A stretch of DNA of 64,000 nt from Malacoraja senta. Its lineage: Eukaryota. The notes beneath the pieces were generated by a model. It was not told where the DNA came from and searched no databases. It worked only from the letters and a program-made list of their open reading frames with translations. How positions within the stretch are numbered: the stretch's first letter is position 1; every line of letters begins with the position of its first letter. A program made the translations under genes and the position numbers. Location of the stretch: positions 10,976,001 to 11,040,000 of the forward strand of contig CM075990.1 in assembly GCA_038087875.1 (NCBI GenBank), in the 5' to 3' direction. Positions 1 through 13,699 of the stretch are shown piece by piece.

Positions 1-172
1 GTTGGACAAATATCCCACTGAAAGCAAGGAATGGATTGCAAGTGAAATTATTTAACTGACCTGATATTCCTAATTTGTAGTCCTAGCATTTAAAATATAC
101 TTATCTCATAATAATTAGGTATGCTTAAATCTTCAAAAGTAATAAAAAGGAACGGCAGATGTTTATACCACA

Positions 173-802
173 GAATGAAACAAAATGTTAGAGTAACTCT
201 ATTTTTTCCTTGAACAAAGACCCAACCAATTTTCCTCTTCCAACACTCTCCTCCACCCAGCGTAACTTGTCCTCACCCTCAACAACTTCTCTATTGACTC
301 CTCTCACTTTATCCAAGTTAAAGATGCAGCCATGAGCACTCGCATGGGCCCCAGCTATGGCTGCCTTTTTGTTGGTTACGTCGAACAGTTCTTATTCAAG
401 GAAATGGGCCCAAATGCCAATATAATTTATTTCCCAGCGCAATGAATGTTGGATTCTCTATTTTTTGGTGACTTCTACAAACATTCCCCTTCCACCTCAT
501 TCCCCTCTTCCCACTCCTCCCCTCAACCTCCACCCCCACCCCCCTCTTTGGCCCTTTCCTCAACTAAAAGTCAGTTAGCCAGTTTCACAGTTCGCAATGA
601 TGTATCCCTCTTGGAAGCACACCGGCCTAGCCTGAGGTCATCTGTTACCAGCTCTGATGTGTCCTCGTCTTTTCTTGTTTCCAGTTACTACCCCCCCCCC
701 CCATCTCCCCTACAATCAGTGTGAAGAATGGTCCCGACCTGAAATCCAATTTCTCCAAAGATGTTGCCTGACCCGCTGAATTGTGCCAGCAGTTCGTGTC
801 TA
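173..802 (+). mobile_element. Penelope-like element (PLE) remnant: RT fragment plus degenerate 3' end
   Basis: ~270-400 translates to LTLNNFSIDSSHFIQVKDAAMSTRMGPSYGCLFVGYVEQFLF, resembling the PLE RT QxKGxAMGTxMGPSYACLF motif; 716-802 is a decayed copy of the 3' tail found across the window. Confidence 0.75.
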
Positions 803-2566
803 TCTTATGTTTAAATCTTTCTTTATTTAGCCATTTCATTGTTTCATTATAGAATGAAATTAATTTGCATAAACTATCTGAAGTATACTTAAGGCAAAGC
901 TCTGTATGCGCTGAAACTCAAGTTCAGAAGCAATTTGATCAGTGGTAGGTTGCACAGTAGTTTATTTGAAACGGGATAACATGTTGGATGAGTTATTTTT
1001 GTAACCCTAGCTTCGAAATCATCTTTGACATTTGCTTTTAATGTGGTTTGCCTGGGTGATTTACTGTTGAGCAAAGTCTAAATGAAATGCTGCTGCAACA
1101 TCAAATGAAATAATTATTTTTGTTGGCTGCTGTTAAAACAAATGTTCTTTCTATCTGGGGAGAGCGGATAAACCCCACCCCCATGTGGAAATTATTGACA
1201 CAAAAAAAATGGTGCTAGGATTGTGTCCGGAGCACTGGCATGACTCAGAAATTAAGAATAATAATGTTTATATTTGAGTGCTTCATTATAACTAAGCTTA
1301 GCAATCTGGCCTGGTCACAGAAAACACTTGTACATTTTATTTCTTTACCCAACGTATTACTGGACCATGGAAGTTGTTTGGTTTCTTTCTCGAGGAAGGA
1401 TAGCCTTGCCTTTGAGAATGTATAACAATGGTTCAGTGGGAGTGGTTAAAGGAGAGATCGTTGTATCTGAGAAGAGAACTGGAGGGATATTTGAAGAACA
1501 GTAAGATATCAGGCTGTGAAGGGCAGTGGGATTAGTTTACAAAATGTTGCAGCTAAAAGCTATCAGGAGCCTATTCGAACTATATGATCTTCTGGATTCC
1601 AACAACCTGATGTTTGTTGACTGACTATGGGTTATCAGAGAAGCATGATTGTGATAACTATAGAAAGAGCAAACCACAGCAAACCTGTGAAGAAATGCCA
1701 ATGGCTCTATGCAAACACAATTTCCCCCCCTCTATACCACTGGAAACGTTAGCTTAGGTAAATTTGAGCGAAGTAAGAAAAATATGAGGCAGTGGATATG
1801 TTGATAGGGTGAGATAAAGAAAGTATAATGTAATCCTGTGAGGTAAATAATGACTGACGTGGACACGATTGATGAAGAGGCCATTTCTATGCTGTAAATT
1901 CTTTGTGATTCTTTCAAAATTGATGAAGATGCCTTGATAATCTGTTCCTTGCAGTTCCGAGCGACATGGGGAGTCTGATTTGAGCTTCTGGCTTACAGTT
2001 TAGGGAACAAAACTCACTGTTGAACTATTAGTCGATCTTTCCAAGCAGGGCAAAGCATGAAAGGAGGTTAATTTAATAATTGTAATGTCCATGTTAGTTT
2101 AAATTAATTAATGATGGCAGACAAAATAAATAAACGGAATGAAGCACATAGCTGGTAACCCAAATTTTTTATATTTGTGGTGTTCATGTGATCAGTTATT
2201 ATGTGATCATGAAGTTGAGCTCAAGCAGCTGATGAAGCAATAACTCTAAGTGCAGACCTGAAGAAATGGATTGGGCATGATGAAGACGATGGATAGCTCA
2301 GATGTTTTGTCCTAATATATTGGACTGAGTAAAGTACTGTCATGACATATTTGGTTGAAAGCAAACACACTCAGTGAATTTATTTACATTCTGGACAGAG
2401 GGTGGAGAACCACAAACTTTGCAATATGTGTGAGCAATTGTTTAAACCTCAAGGCTTTTTGATTGCCTCTGTTTATTCCTAATATTTAAACATTTAAGTC
2501 TGAAGGCAATATTGCACTGTGATTACATCCTTCTGGTATTTTAATACAAATTTCTTGCTAAACGTA

Positions 2567-2860
2567 TTCAAGATTCAAGATTCACTTTAATTGTCACATG
2601 TACCAATTAAGGTACAGTGAAATTTGAGTTACCATACAGCCGTACTAAGTGAAAAGCAACAAGACACACAGCCACATAAAATAAAATTTAACATAAACAT
2701 CCACCACAGCCGAATCCACATTCCTCACTGTGATGGAAGGTAATAAAGTTCAATCATCTTCCTCCTTTGTTCACCCGTGGTCGAGGTTTTTGAACCCTCC
2801 GCAGTTTGCTGCTGCCGACAGTCCGATGTCCGAAGCCCTCTCGTCGGGATGATGGAAACT
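2567..2860 (-). mobile_element. 3' end of a Rex1/L2-type non-LTR element
   Basis: (ATTCAAG)n tail next to ttgtcacatgtacc; reverse complement resembles the ggtacacgtgacaataaa end of other copies here. Confidence 0.45.
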
Positions 2861-3919
2861 CCACCTATTGATCCGAGAGCAAGGGTTGCAGTTCAGTTTT
2901 ATAGCCTGGACAAGCTCTATTTACACAGCTGCCTCCTGCTGGAATCATAGCAGGCTTGTTTTCAAGGAAGTTTAGTGCAAGTCTAGATCGTGGCCCAGAT
3001 AGATCAGATAAAATTCAATTGTATCTCTACAATATAAGTAGGAAGCCATTTTGGTTTGACTGGGTGCTAAACTTATCTGCTGGTCAGTCAGGCACTCACC
3101 CCATTTGATGTGAGTGTGGTGCCAGTGAAAGGACGAGGGAGAATTTTTCTCCATGTGCTAACAGTTTACTAGAATCCTGGATATTGGATTAAAGCAGCAG
3201 ATGCATCATAACTTCTCCATGTGACTGAAAGCAAAACCGATGACAGATGTAACGTGACTGCATTATTAGGAAATGAGACAGGAGGGAAGAATACTTACTC
3301 TTAATATTACTATTAAGGTCAGACCAAAAATCTGTCTCTTCAGCCTGTTACAGTACAAACCACCCTGGATTAACACTGCGTGTGTCAATTCAAAGTGGTC
3401 CAAGATGACATCCCAAACCTTTCCTTGGCTTCAAATGCTGAATCTTGATTTAGATTGGAATGAAGCAGAGATTCCTGATGGATTATGATCTATCCTGAGC
3501 TCCTCTGCATTACTAGTTAAGATACATTATGCAACAATTTTTTTTTAAAGCAACAAGTGATGGAAAGGCTCAACATGCCTTTGGTACACTTTTGACAAGT
3601 AAAGATAGAGAAGTATGGGCGCAGATGTACCATCAGGACTTTACATATTTACACTGCATTAAAGAAAAAAAAAAAAAAAGGAGTAACCGTAAGGATTAAG
3701 AACCATGAGGCCACAGTTTTGAAGGTATACTATACACGCAATGGGTACTGTTAGCCTTCACACTGTGAATAAGATTTTGATGTTAGACACTATACACAAT
3801 GATGCAGATAGATATTAAAACATTAAAATAGGGAGGAAGACAAAGTATTGGTTATTTTTACATTAGAACAATACAGATTTTACAGGAACATATTTAATAA
3901 TCAATGAATTGAGCTGCAA

Positions 3920-4811
3920 GGTAGATGGAAGGGGATCATTACAGTTGAGATGGGTTGTTGTCTAGAATTTGGAGCATGTAATAAAAAAAATGGAACTTAC
4001 TTTACATAGAGTAATAATATTGCAGGATATCATTGAACAGGGGAAATGGGCTAAGAAATGACAAATGGGATTGAACTCAGAGACATATAGGGCGTTGAAT
4101 GTTCAGTGAATGGTCAGGCCCTGGAGCATGTTGCAGAACAAAAGGATTTAGGATTATAGGCACATACCTGTAGCTCCCTGCAAGACAGCTAGACAGGATG
4201 GTGAAGTATGCTTGGCACCAATGGTCAAAGCATTGTACAGGTGTTGGAATGTCATATTACAACTGTAAAGTCATTGTTGAGACCACACATAGAGTACTGT
4301 GTACAATTCTGGTTGCCCAGCTATAAATAGGATGTCATTAAACTGGAATGGGTGCAGAAAAGATTCACCTGGATGTTACTGGAAATTGAGGGGTTGAGTT
4401 ATCAGGGGAGGCTGGATAGGCGGAGTCCTTTTACCCTGATGCATAGGAAGATGGGGGGTGATCTTGTAAAGGTCTATAAAATCAGTCTGATATGATATAT
4501 ATGAGGGGTATGGATACAGTCAATGTTTATTTTCCCAGTGTCGGGGAGTCAAAAACTGGTGCGGATAGATTTAAGGTGAGATGATAAAGATTTAAAACAG
4601 ATCTGATGAGAAACTTTCTTATGCAGGGGATGTTGAGTACATGGAATGAGCTGCCAGAGAAAGAAATAAAGGCAGATATAATTACAATGTTTAAAAAGAC
4701 ATTTGGTCAGGAACATGGATAGGAAGAAATTAGAGGATCTGGGCCAAATGGAACTAGCATAGATCATCTTGGTTGTCATAAAAGGCTCCATGCTCTCTGA
4801 ATCTATGATTC
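3920..4811 (+). mobile_element. Old CR1 (HER1-like) LINE, 3' part of ORF2 and tail
   Basis: Decayed match to the 3' half of the 40330-42381 ORF, e.g. gagaccacacatagagtactgtgtacaattctgg (RPHxEYCVQFW). Confidence 0.8.
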
Positions 4812-5443
4812 TTTGTCAGGGTGTGTTTGGCAAACATTCCAGTGAGGTGCCTTGGGACATTCTGCCACAGCAAAGGTTACAGGAGTGGGATTAGAACCAA
4901 TTGCTGTGCTGGAGTTTGCATGGATGCTACCTGGCCATCCACAGCCACCTATGTCTTTGTTGTATCCATTCGGTACTTCAATGGGTAATAAAACTGTAAT
5001 TGCCTTATCAGATTATTTAGCCAATGGAAAGGATAATTTCAAGGTTGAATATACTACTTTCAGGTAAGTTTCTGTGACCTCAGACAGAAAATAAGCAAGT
5101 ATATTATTATTCCAATTAGTTATCCCCAACGGTTAGAAATATGCAAACACTGTCATGGTAACCAAATACAGATGATTTATATGTGATGAATCATTAAAGA
5201 ATTTAAATCTTTCTCAATTTATCAGATTCAATATACAAAGCTTTGCATATTCTAAGTTCTAATATTATAATTGTTCCACCAATCATGGCCTATTGGTGTT
5301 CTCACCCACACATAATAACCCACTCACCCCCCTCAAGTGGGGACATGCTATTCAGAAGTTTGTTTACACACTTGATAAGAAATATATTGTATACCCACTT
5401 GCGACAACTCCAGTAGTTTCAGATATAAGTTAGTCTAACACTT

Positions 5444-6057
5444 GACTTCACCGGCCAGCAGCTTATCAGACTGTACCGACAGTCTTTCACATGAGGCAAA
5501 GGTTCACTTACACCTCCTCCAACCTCATTTACTATATCCGCTGTTCTTGGTGTGGACTCCTGTACATCGGCGAGACCAAGCGCAGACTCGGCGATCGTTT
5601 CGCTGAACACCTCCGCTCAGTCCACCTAAACCTACCTGATCTCCCGGTTGCTCAACATTGTAACTCCCCCTCCCATTCCCACACTAATCTTTCTGTCCTG
5701 GGCCTCCTCCATTGTCAGTGTGATGCCCAGCGCTAATTGGAGGAACAGCACCTCATATTTAGCTTGGGTAGCTTAGCCACCAGCAGTATGAACATTGACT
5801 TCTCTAACTTCAAGTAGTCCTTTGGTTTCCCTCTCTCTCCATCCCCTCCCCCTTCCCAGTTCTTCCACCAGTCTTACTGTCTCTGACTACGTTTTAACTC
5901 TGAACCGCCCACTCCCCTGACATGAGTCTGAAGAAGGGTCTCGACCCGAAACGTCACCCATTCCTTCTCTCCAGAGATGCTGCCTGTCTCGCTGAGTTAC
6001 TCCAGAATTTTGTGTCTATTTTGATTTAGACCAGCATCTGCAGTTCTTTCCTTCACA
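5444..6057 (+). mobile_element. PLE 3' fragment: GIY-YIG endonuclease, 3' UTR and hammerhead-like motif
   Basis: ORF 5491-5736 NLIYYIRCSWCGLLYIGETKRRLGDRFAEHLRSV (GIY-YIG with CxxC, typical of Penelope clade); CTGAAGAAGGGTCTCGACCCGAAACGTC at 5928-5955. Confidence 0.9.
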
Positions 6058-6284
6058 TATCAGAAGATAATGTTGGTTTGCAACATAATCTTCATAACTA
6101 CCTTCTCCAAGTAAATTGAGAATTAGTAAAGTGGATTTTTGTTCTACTGTTTTCAAAATAATTTAATTTAATGTCAGCATTAAGATGTGTATTTGTATCC
6201 ATTCTGCCGCACATTTCCTCCATCACACTCTGCTCAAAGCTCCACGATTAAAGTGACTTTTTAAACAGAATGGGACATTTTAAA

Positions 6285-6450
6285 TAGAATGGGCTTGGAT
6301 AGCGTGGATGTGGAGAGGATGTTTCAATGAGTGGGAGAGTCAGGAGAATGGGGTTAGGAGGGTGAGATTGATCAGCCATGATTGAATGGTGGAGTAGACT
6401 TGATGGGCGGAATGGCCTAATTCTGTTCCTATCACTTATGACCTCATGAC
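6285..6450 (+). mobile_element. CR1 3' end fragment
   Basis: gatcagccatgattgaatgg...aatggcctaattctgttcct tail shared with other CR1 copies. Confidence 0.65.
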
Positions 6451-7227
6451 ATGCCAACCAGTCAAGGCTTAGCTGTGTTACTGCTAAATTGATGCAGAAT
6501 TGTATATTGTCCAAATGTATTGGTAAAATTTAAAAAATCCTTTGTTGTGATATCCTCATAGAGATTTTTATTGCTGAAGGTTGTTAATAACCTTAAGGAG
6601 AAATATTGTTAGCAGCTCTGAACATAAATAAAGAGGAAGAAAGAAATAGATTAACGAAGAACATTGCAATAGATAAATTCAGATTTAAACTTCTTAAAGT
6701 ATATTCATATGTAATTAATCGTGCATAAGATGCCAATCCTTATTTGAATGTTACGGCAGATTGTAAAATGATATGTGTCAACTACTTATTTAGGATTAAA
6801 TAAAGTATCATAGAGAAGGACAAATTGAAGGCAATTTAAGAAGTGAAGTGTCAGACATTAAATTACAGGTCACCCAATACATCTTAAAATAACTTATCTC
6901 AAATACATCATGTCACACTTTCCACTTTGCAGACCAGAAAGATAGATTCAACCCAGCCACTAGTGACACATGGGCTGGAAAATAATACAAATGGAGCATT
7001 TATAATTATTTGCAACATGCAGACTTTACAGTAGAAGTGACAAGAGCATCAAGGTCAAGAATTTATTTGATTCACTTGTTAATAAAGCACTCGTTGTCAA
7101 ATGGATTTGATAAATGGAGGAACTAATGTTTTGTGTGCAATTACACTGAAGAAATTGGATTGCCGATCAATTAGATCATAAAGTCATAACTGGATTGATA
7201 AGTGGGCTGTAATAGATATTAGTGCGA

Positions 7228-7426
7228 AGATAGACACAAACTGCTGGAGAAACTCAGAGGGTCAGGAAGCATCTCTGGAGAGAAGGAACGGGTGACATTT
7301 CGGGTCGAGACCTTTCTTCAGACTGACTTCTCTCCAGAAATGCTGCTTATCCCGCTGAGTTACTCCAGCATTTTGTGTCTATATGTAAACTGATGTAAAC
7401 CAGCATCTGCAGTTTCTTCCTACACA
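7228..7426. mobile_element. Short fold-back PLE-derived element
   Basis: Inverted arms gacacaaactgctggagaaactcag / ctgagttactccagcattttgtgtc plus cagcatctgcag tail, identical in type to the tail of the GIY-YIG copy. Confidence 0.8.
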
Positions 7427-7942
7427 TTAGGAATTAGTGTGTTAGTTTACAATAATCTGGTATTTTCAAGGTCATTCAGATGGTTGCTCGTTGTAAATTT
7501 TGAGATTTATGGAATTCAGTTTCACAACGTATCACAAACTGGTTCAGGGCCTTTGTCACAATAAGTTTGATAGAAGCTGATGCTCCAGTATAGTGTTGTA
7601 ATGTTGGAATTGCTGTCTTTTGGGAAGTGAAACAACACCAAGGCCCCATCTATCCTATTGGGTGAACTGAAGATCCCAAAATTACCAGTTACCTGCCCTG
7701 ATAGGCCCACTGTTTCTTCCTGGTAATTAACAGTTATTCCCTACGACGACTCCATTTTGCTCAAAGTCATTGCCAATATTTATTATCTAACTGACGTCAC
7801 TAAGTACAGATTATCTTGTTTGCACAAATTCACAGGATGTACGTTTTACTGGCTGGACCAGAATTTGTTGCCAGTTCTTAATTCCGGCTGTATTTGGTGA
7901 TGTGCTGGCCATCTCAGCTGGTAACTGAGAGTCAACCAGAGG

Positions 7943-8668
7943 CACATGAGACTGCAGATGCTGGAATGATGAACAAAAAGGCAAACTGCTGGAGGAAATC
8001 AGAGGGACAGGCAGCATCTGTGCAGGGAAATGGAACCGACCCCATAGCGAACCCAACCTTGTCATCAAACCTGCTGACGAAGGCGATGCCGCTGTAGTCT
8101 GGTGGTCTAATCTTGCTGAGGCTAGGCATTAGCTCTCGGACATCTCCTCATACCTATCCCTTGACCATGATTCCACCAACCAACACCAGGCCACTATCTC
8201 CCAAATCGTGACAGATTTCATCACTTCCGTCAATCTCCTCTCCACAGTCTCCAACCTGACCATGCACTGCCCATTCCCATCTCCTACCCAACATCCACGA
8301 ACAGGACTGCCCTGTCAAGCCCACGGTCCCAGTCTACCCTTGCCCCACTGAACTCATCTCCTCATACTGTGACTGTATCTCGTCTCCTCTCTTCCCACCT
8401 ACATACAGAACACCTCACACACTTTCTACCACTTCAAGAACTTCTAATTCTTTGGACTCCATTGCCCATCTTTACCATGGAAACCTTTACACAGGAAGGT
8501 CTCAGCGGCCTCTGTTTGCTCCCAGACCCAATACCCAACAGTTCCCCTCAACTAATACTCTCCTCCACCTGAATCTGAAGAAGCACCTCGGCCAAAATGT
8601 CATCTGCCCTTTTCCCTCCACAGATGCTGCCTGACCCGCTGAGTTCCTCTGGCAGTTTGTTCTTTAAC
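7943..8668 (+). mobile_element. PLE remnant with RT N-terminal fragment and inverted 5' tail copy
   Basis: aaacctgctgacgaaggcgatgccgctgtagtctgg = KPADEGDAAVVW (PLE ADKG motif, decayed); flanked by inverted copies of the PLE tail. Confidence 0.7.
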
Positions 8669-9529
8669 AAGACTATCTTGTTAGTCTCAGTCATGGTGAC
8701 AGATCATCTTCGTTGAAGAACATTTTTACTCCAGATTGTATTTAATTAGTCTTCAGTTGTTGTGGTAGGTGTAATTCTATACCCTTGCGGTTTCCTAGTT
8801 TATAGAGCAGTTATTTCAGAGTAACACGGTAATGCACAGGTAATGCAGAGAGTCCTGTGCCTGGTTTATTTTAGACTTTTCTCAGATTTTGTAAGTGCAC
8901 ACAAAAATACACGTATGATCAATTAAATCACATTTATTTATATACACACTGGAAGTGGAAAATTCTTCTGTGGGTTGAACGCCAATGTGAATTATACTGC
9001 TACACTTATGAGCCATGGCTTATTGTTTCACTAATGCGTTGATTCTGCTTGCTCGGTCTGAGTTAAAACTACCGCTTTCAAATTAGTTGCTGCACTGTTT
9101 GGCAGGCACCACACATATGCAAATGGTTCTCCTGATTAACTTGATGATTAAGTGCAAATTTACAATGAAAGTTAACAGGGCTTTTCTAGTGTAGGGAGGA
9201 ACTGCAGATGCTGATTTACACCAAAGAGAGACACAAAATGCTGGAGTAACTCAGCAGGTCAGGCAGCATCTCTGGAGAAAAGGATCGGAAATAGTCTGAA
9301 GAAGAGTTCTGACCCAAAGAAATAATTTATTGTGCTAATTTATTATATTACGAGGACAGGAATAATTCAGAAGAATCCAAATTAAAATGTGAGGTAATAT
9401 TAATGTGGAGTCCTACACTATTCAGTTTTCTTTGACGTCAATGACCCAAATCATACTGATAAGATATTTTATATAAATGCTTGTACAAAGACTTTACTAT
9501 TGGCAACATGCTTATTTCATATTTCCAAA

Positions 9530-9830
9530 AACATAGGAGATGATTTGACCCTTTGAGTCAATCCTGACTCACAAAGCAATCTCATTCTCCATTATGTTTC
9601 TCTGTAATATATTCTCTCAACTTTCCTATCAACTTCCTGAAGATTCTACCTCTCGCCCATGGAGAATTTGCAGTGGCAATTAACCTACCACCCACATGTC
9701 TTTCGGGAAGAGGGAGGAACTGAAGCATCCTGAGGAATCCCGTGGTCACAGGAAGAATGTGCAAACTCCATACAGAGAACATCAGAGATCAAGAATCAAC
9801 CCGGTGCTATGAGGCAGCAGCTCTAACTGT
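9530..9830 (-). mobile_element. Old V-SINE (tRNA-derived)
   Basis: Reverse V-core: gggaggaactgaagcatcctgaggaatcccgtggtcacaggaagaatgtgcaaactccatacag. Confidence 0.7.
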
Positions 9831-9929
9831 TTTATTTCAGAGCAGGGCAACTTTAACCGCACCTGCCAAGACTGTTATTGTTATTCATTGGGATAACATT
9901 TTTCCAATGCAATGGTCTAGTGGTATAGA

Positions 9930-10142
9930 TTGCATGGGATCCAGGGAGAGCTGGCCGACTGGAGAGAAAATTGGCTTCATGGAAGAAAGCAATGGGTGAT
10001 GGTGGAAGGTTGTTTTTCGGACTGGAGGCCTGGGACTAGTGGTGTGCCTCAGGAATCAGTGCTGAGTCCTTTGCTGTTTGCAGTTTATATCAACGGTTTG
10101 GATGAGAATGTAAAAAGCATGATTAGCAAGTTTGCGGATGGT
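9930..10142 (+). mobile_element. CR1 RT fragment
   Basis: HGIQGELADWRENWL...SGVPQESVLSPLLFAVYINGLDE...SKFAD. Confidence 0.85.
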
Positions 10143-10904
10143 GAGTCATATTGAACAGTCTGTGTGGTAACGGTAGACCAAAGTTTGATGTCGGTGTGTC
10201 AATATATTTCCCAACCTTTTAGTGCAGAACATGCAGTTGGTGGATTCTGCTATTCTTTTCCTTCTAGTAAATGGGGGTTTCAACGTGGCTGTTGAGCAAG
10301 TGAGTTGCCGCAGTGCATTTTCAGATGGGACATAGGCCTTTGTATTCCAGAGATAGGGGGAATGTATGCTTGGGGTTGTACATTCAAGTTGCTACTGTAT
10401 CCTTCGTGGTTAAGATACATTAAGAATTAGGATGCCCCAGATCACATAATTTACAGAATAAAACAGGAACAATCTATTCAACCACTTCAACCATTTCTGA
10501 AGACAGACAAGCTGAGAAGAGTTGATAACCTAGTTTGTTGACAGAGTGAAGAGCTTTTGCGAGGTCAAAAAATTCCAGGCTCTTTACATTTTTCTTGAGT
10601 TAGTCACATGTGAAGACCATGTCCATTGTGGAGCTCCTTTAGAAATGGTTGGAGATGCTCCTTATAATGACTTTACCTGTGGCAGACAGCAAGGAGATCC
10701 ATCGCTAAACACTAAGGCCACAGTCTACCAAGCAGCCTTCCAATATACATTGCAGGCATGGATAACATAGAATAGGCACTTCAAAGCTCTGGAAAAGTAT
10801 CATCAATGTTGGCTCAGCAAAATCCCTTTAACTCCAATGCCAGCATAGGCAAACCAAGTCAGCACCCTCTCCCAGGCCAACAAAGATGCTCTCATCTAGT
10901 TGGT

Positions 10905-11757
10905 GGAGGCGCTGCGAGACGGCTGCCCTGCCAGCAGCGTGTTAGTCATTTCTACTTTTTTTGTTTTTTCTAGTATGTACAAATGTGCGTTTTAATGTCT
11001 CTCGGTGTGTCTTGTGTGGGGGGTGGTGTGGGGGGTAAGGGGGAAACCGCTTTCAGTCGCATGCTCCACGGAGAGGTGACTTTTTCCATGTCGCCTCCAT
11101 CGCGGCCTAACACCAAGGATTGGTGTGGCCTTTCTCTGAGTCGGGCCCAGAGCTTCAGCAGCGGGTGCAGTGTGAACATTTTCCGATTGCTGGCCTGCGG
11201 ACTGTTCAGTCTGAAGCCGTGGTCTGCGGTGCTTCTAGACACGGGCGTGGCGTCCGGAGCCTGGGATCCCTCGTTGGGAACGCCCAGAGAAGAAGAGCTC
11301 CGACCCGCTGGCCTGCGGCCTTCGAAATCTTGAAGCCGCGGTCTGCGAAGCTTCTAGCCACGGGCTCGGCGGGGACTTACTTACTTACCATCCGGAGCGG
11401 GATCCCTCGCAGGGAATCCCTGGAGAAGAGCTCCGACTGCCAGCCTGCGGTCTACGTCATCCTGAAGCCGCGGTGTCCGGTAGGGAAGCATCGATTCGGG
11501 ACATACCTTCCAGACGAAAGGGCCGCCAGCAGCGACTGTGGAGGTTATGGCCCCAACCACGGGGGGAAATGGAGGAGGACTGACTATACTTTGTGCCTTC
11601 CACCATAGTGATGAATGCTGTGGTGGATGTTTGTGTTACATTTTTATTTTGTATTGTGTGTTCTTTTTTATTGTACCGCTGCTGGCAAATTCATTTCACT
11701 GCACTTTATTGTGTATGTGATGAATAAATCTGATTGATAGATTGAAATTGATTGAAT
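10905..11757 (+). mobile_element. Unclassified GC-rich non-autonomous retroelement
   Basis: CpG-rich body with internal repeats (gaagagctccgac...tgaagccgcggt); ends in ttcatttcactgcac...aataaa and a (gatt)n tail; interrupts the RTE. Confidence 0.5.
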
Positions 11758-11887
11758 CAGGCTCAACCAGCATTGGTGGGTGAGGTACACTATCCCGATG
11801 TCTGACACTAGACTCCTAAAGAAAGCACTCACTCTGAGCTCCATTGTGACATAAGCCTTCCTAGATGGTGAAGAAAATGCTTCAAAT

Positions 11888-12216
11888 GTTTAGCTTAGTT
11901 TAGTTAAGAGATACAGTGTGGAAACAGGCCCTTTGGCCCACCTAGTCTGCACTGACCAGACTGCACTGATCCCCATACATTAACACTATCCTACACACAC
12001 TAGGAACAATTTACACTTAAACCAAGCCAATTAAACGACAAACCTGTATGTCTATGGAGTGTGGGAGGAAACTGAAGAACTCTGAGAAAACCCACGCGGT
12101 CTCGGGGAGAACGTACAAACTCCATACAGACAGCACCTGTAGTCACGATCAAACCTGGGTCTCCAGTGCTGCAAGCGAAGTAAGGCAACTACTGTACCGC
12201 TGCGCCACCATGCTGC
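11888..12216 (-). mobile_element. HE1-type V-SINE
   Basis: Reverse-complement match to the 39058 and 58975 copies: tRNA-like head, V core, (ctaaa)n tail. Confidence 0.85.
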
Positions 12217-13699
12217 TTGTGTTTCAAAAGTCTCATGAATAAAATGCAACTCCCACTGACTCGTGGGATTTCCTGGCCTGTGACCATGCAGACGGACCAG
12301 GGAGATACTGAGCCACTTGAGCATCTTTGATGGGAGGATGCAGAGACCAAGTGCTAGAAAAGTCAGACAAAAAGCACAACATCCTGAGTAGCCCATCCTC
12401 CTAATCCAGCAAGCTCCAGCTGTTCCATCTGCCCCAGCTGTGACAAGACCTGCATTTCTTGCGTCAAACTCATCAACTAGCTCAGACACTCCTGAGCTAT
12501 AATAGAGGCAAGTCATCCTCAACCACATCGGACAGTTGAAGAAAATAATTAGAAATAAAGAGAACCATGTAACATGACCCCAAAAAGAGTGATAGAAGTC
12601 ATATAATAATACTGGAATTCATCTTATTCAGTGGTCCAGACCGCAATTTGTCCTGATTATTACTCACGATGTATTGTATGTCGCTGCTATGCTTTGCTTT
12701 GAACCTTTCAAGGCAGTCTGCCTTTTTATCTTTCACTTTTTACCTCCTAATCGTCACATTTTTTGCCTGTTGCACGGTTCCTCAAATGTTTCTGTTAAAT
12801 TGTTTTGTTAGGTTTTCTCTTTTCTTTCTCCTTTACTTTCTTTTCATTCCTGATTGATGAGCAAAGTGCTCTTTGTGTCACTGGGGTGCAGATGGCCTGA
12901 ATTAACTTGACAGCCGTTCCAAGATCCTCCTGGTTTATTTGCATCACCGAACAAATTGTGAGCATTTAGACAATCCGATACACAAAAGGCGAGGTAAAAT
13001 GGTGAGTAGGATTAGTGAGAAGACAGATGATTGAGTGTCATCCCAGTACACTTGAGGTCCATTAGATTACACCAGAATGTGCTTATTTTTCATTATGTAC
13101 TGGTTGCTAATCTTCTTAATACACCTCGTGTCCAACAGTAGTTGCAACTCATAACCAGCACACAATTGGAAGTAGAACCTGTTATATATTGGTGCGACAA
13201 AGGTAAGCTTTGGACTTAATCTCCTGAATTAAAGATCAATACATCTTTTCACAGGATGGTACGCCAATTGAGTACTAATTAAATGGAGTATATGCAATAG
13301 TTAATTACTTTTATAATGATTTATTTTGAACAAATCTTGCCCCCCACCCCTAATTGAATTGTCCAGAAGTTCAATGTGCAATAAATGTCACATCCAATTT
13401 GGAAGACAAAAAGCATTTACTATGGATTCATTAAGACACACTCATACCAATGCATTCCCTGAAAAGACTTGAAATTGTACTCATTCATGTCTTGCTAACC
13501 AACATTAACTCATTCAGTTTCAAGTCATCTCTGTGCACTTTTATGGTTCCCATTTAGAACACTTTACTGAGAAATGATGACCTTGTACCTCAATGGAACA
13601 TAATATTTCAGATCAGCATTGATATATATGCAGCTGACACCAGCCACAACCTCATTTGGGAAGTGTTAGGGCATTAACATCAGAGGTTGGCATCCTTTT

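Larger units (their letters stand above)
10560..12545 (+). mobile_element. Decayed RTE-clade LINE 3' region split by two younger insertions
   Basis: TKATVYQAA...AWIT*NRHFKALEKYHQCWLSKI resembles the RTE C-terminal region; continues at ~11757-11885 and ~12220-12545. Confidence 0.6.

Noticed and set aside
10983..11608. 116-162 aa ORFs as host genes
   Set aside because: Inside a GC-rich repeat element with no recognisable domain.
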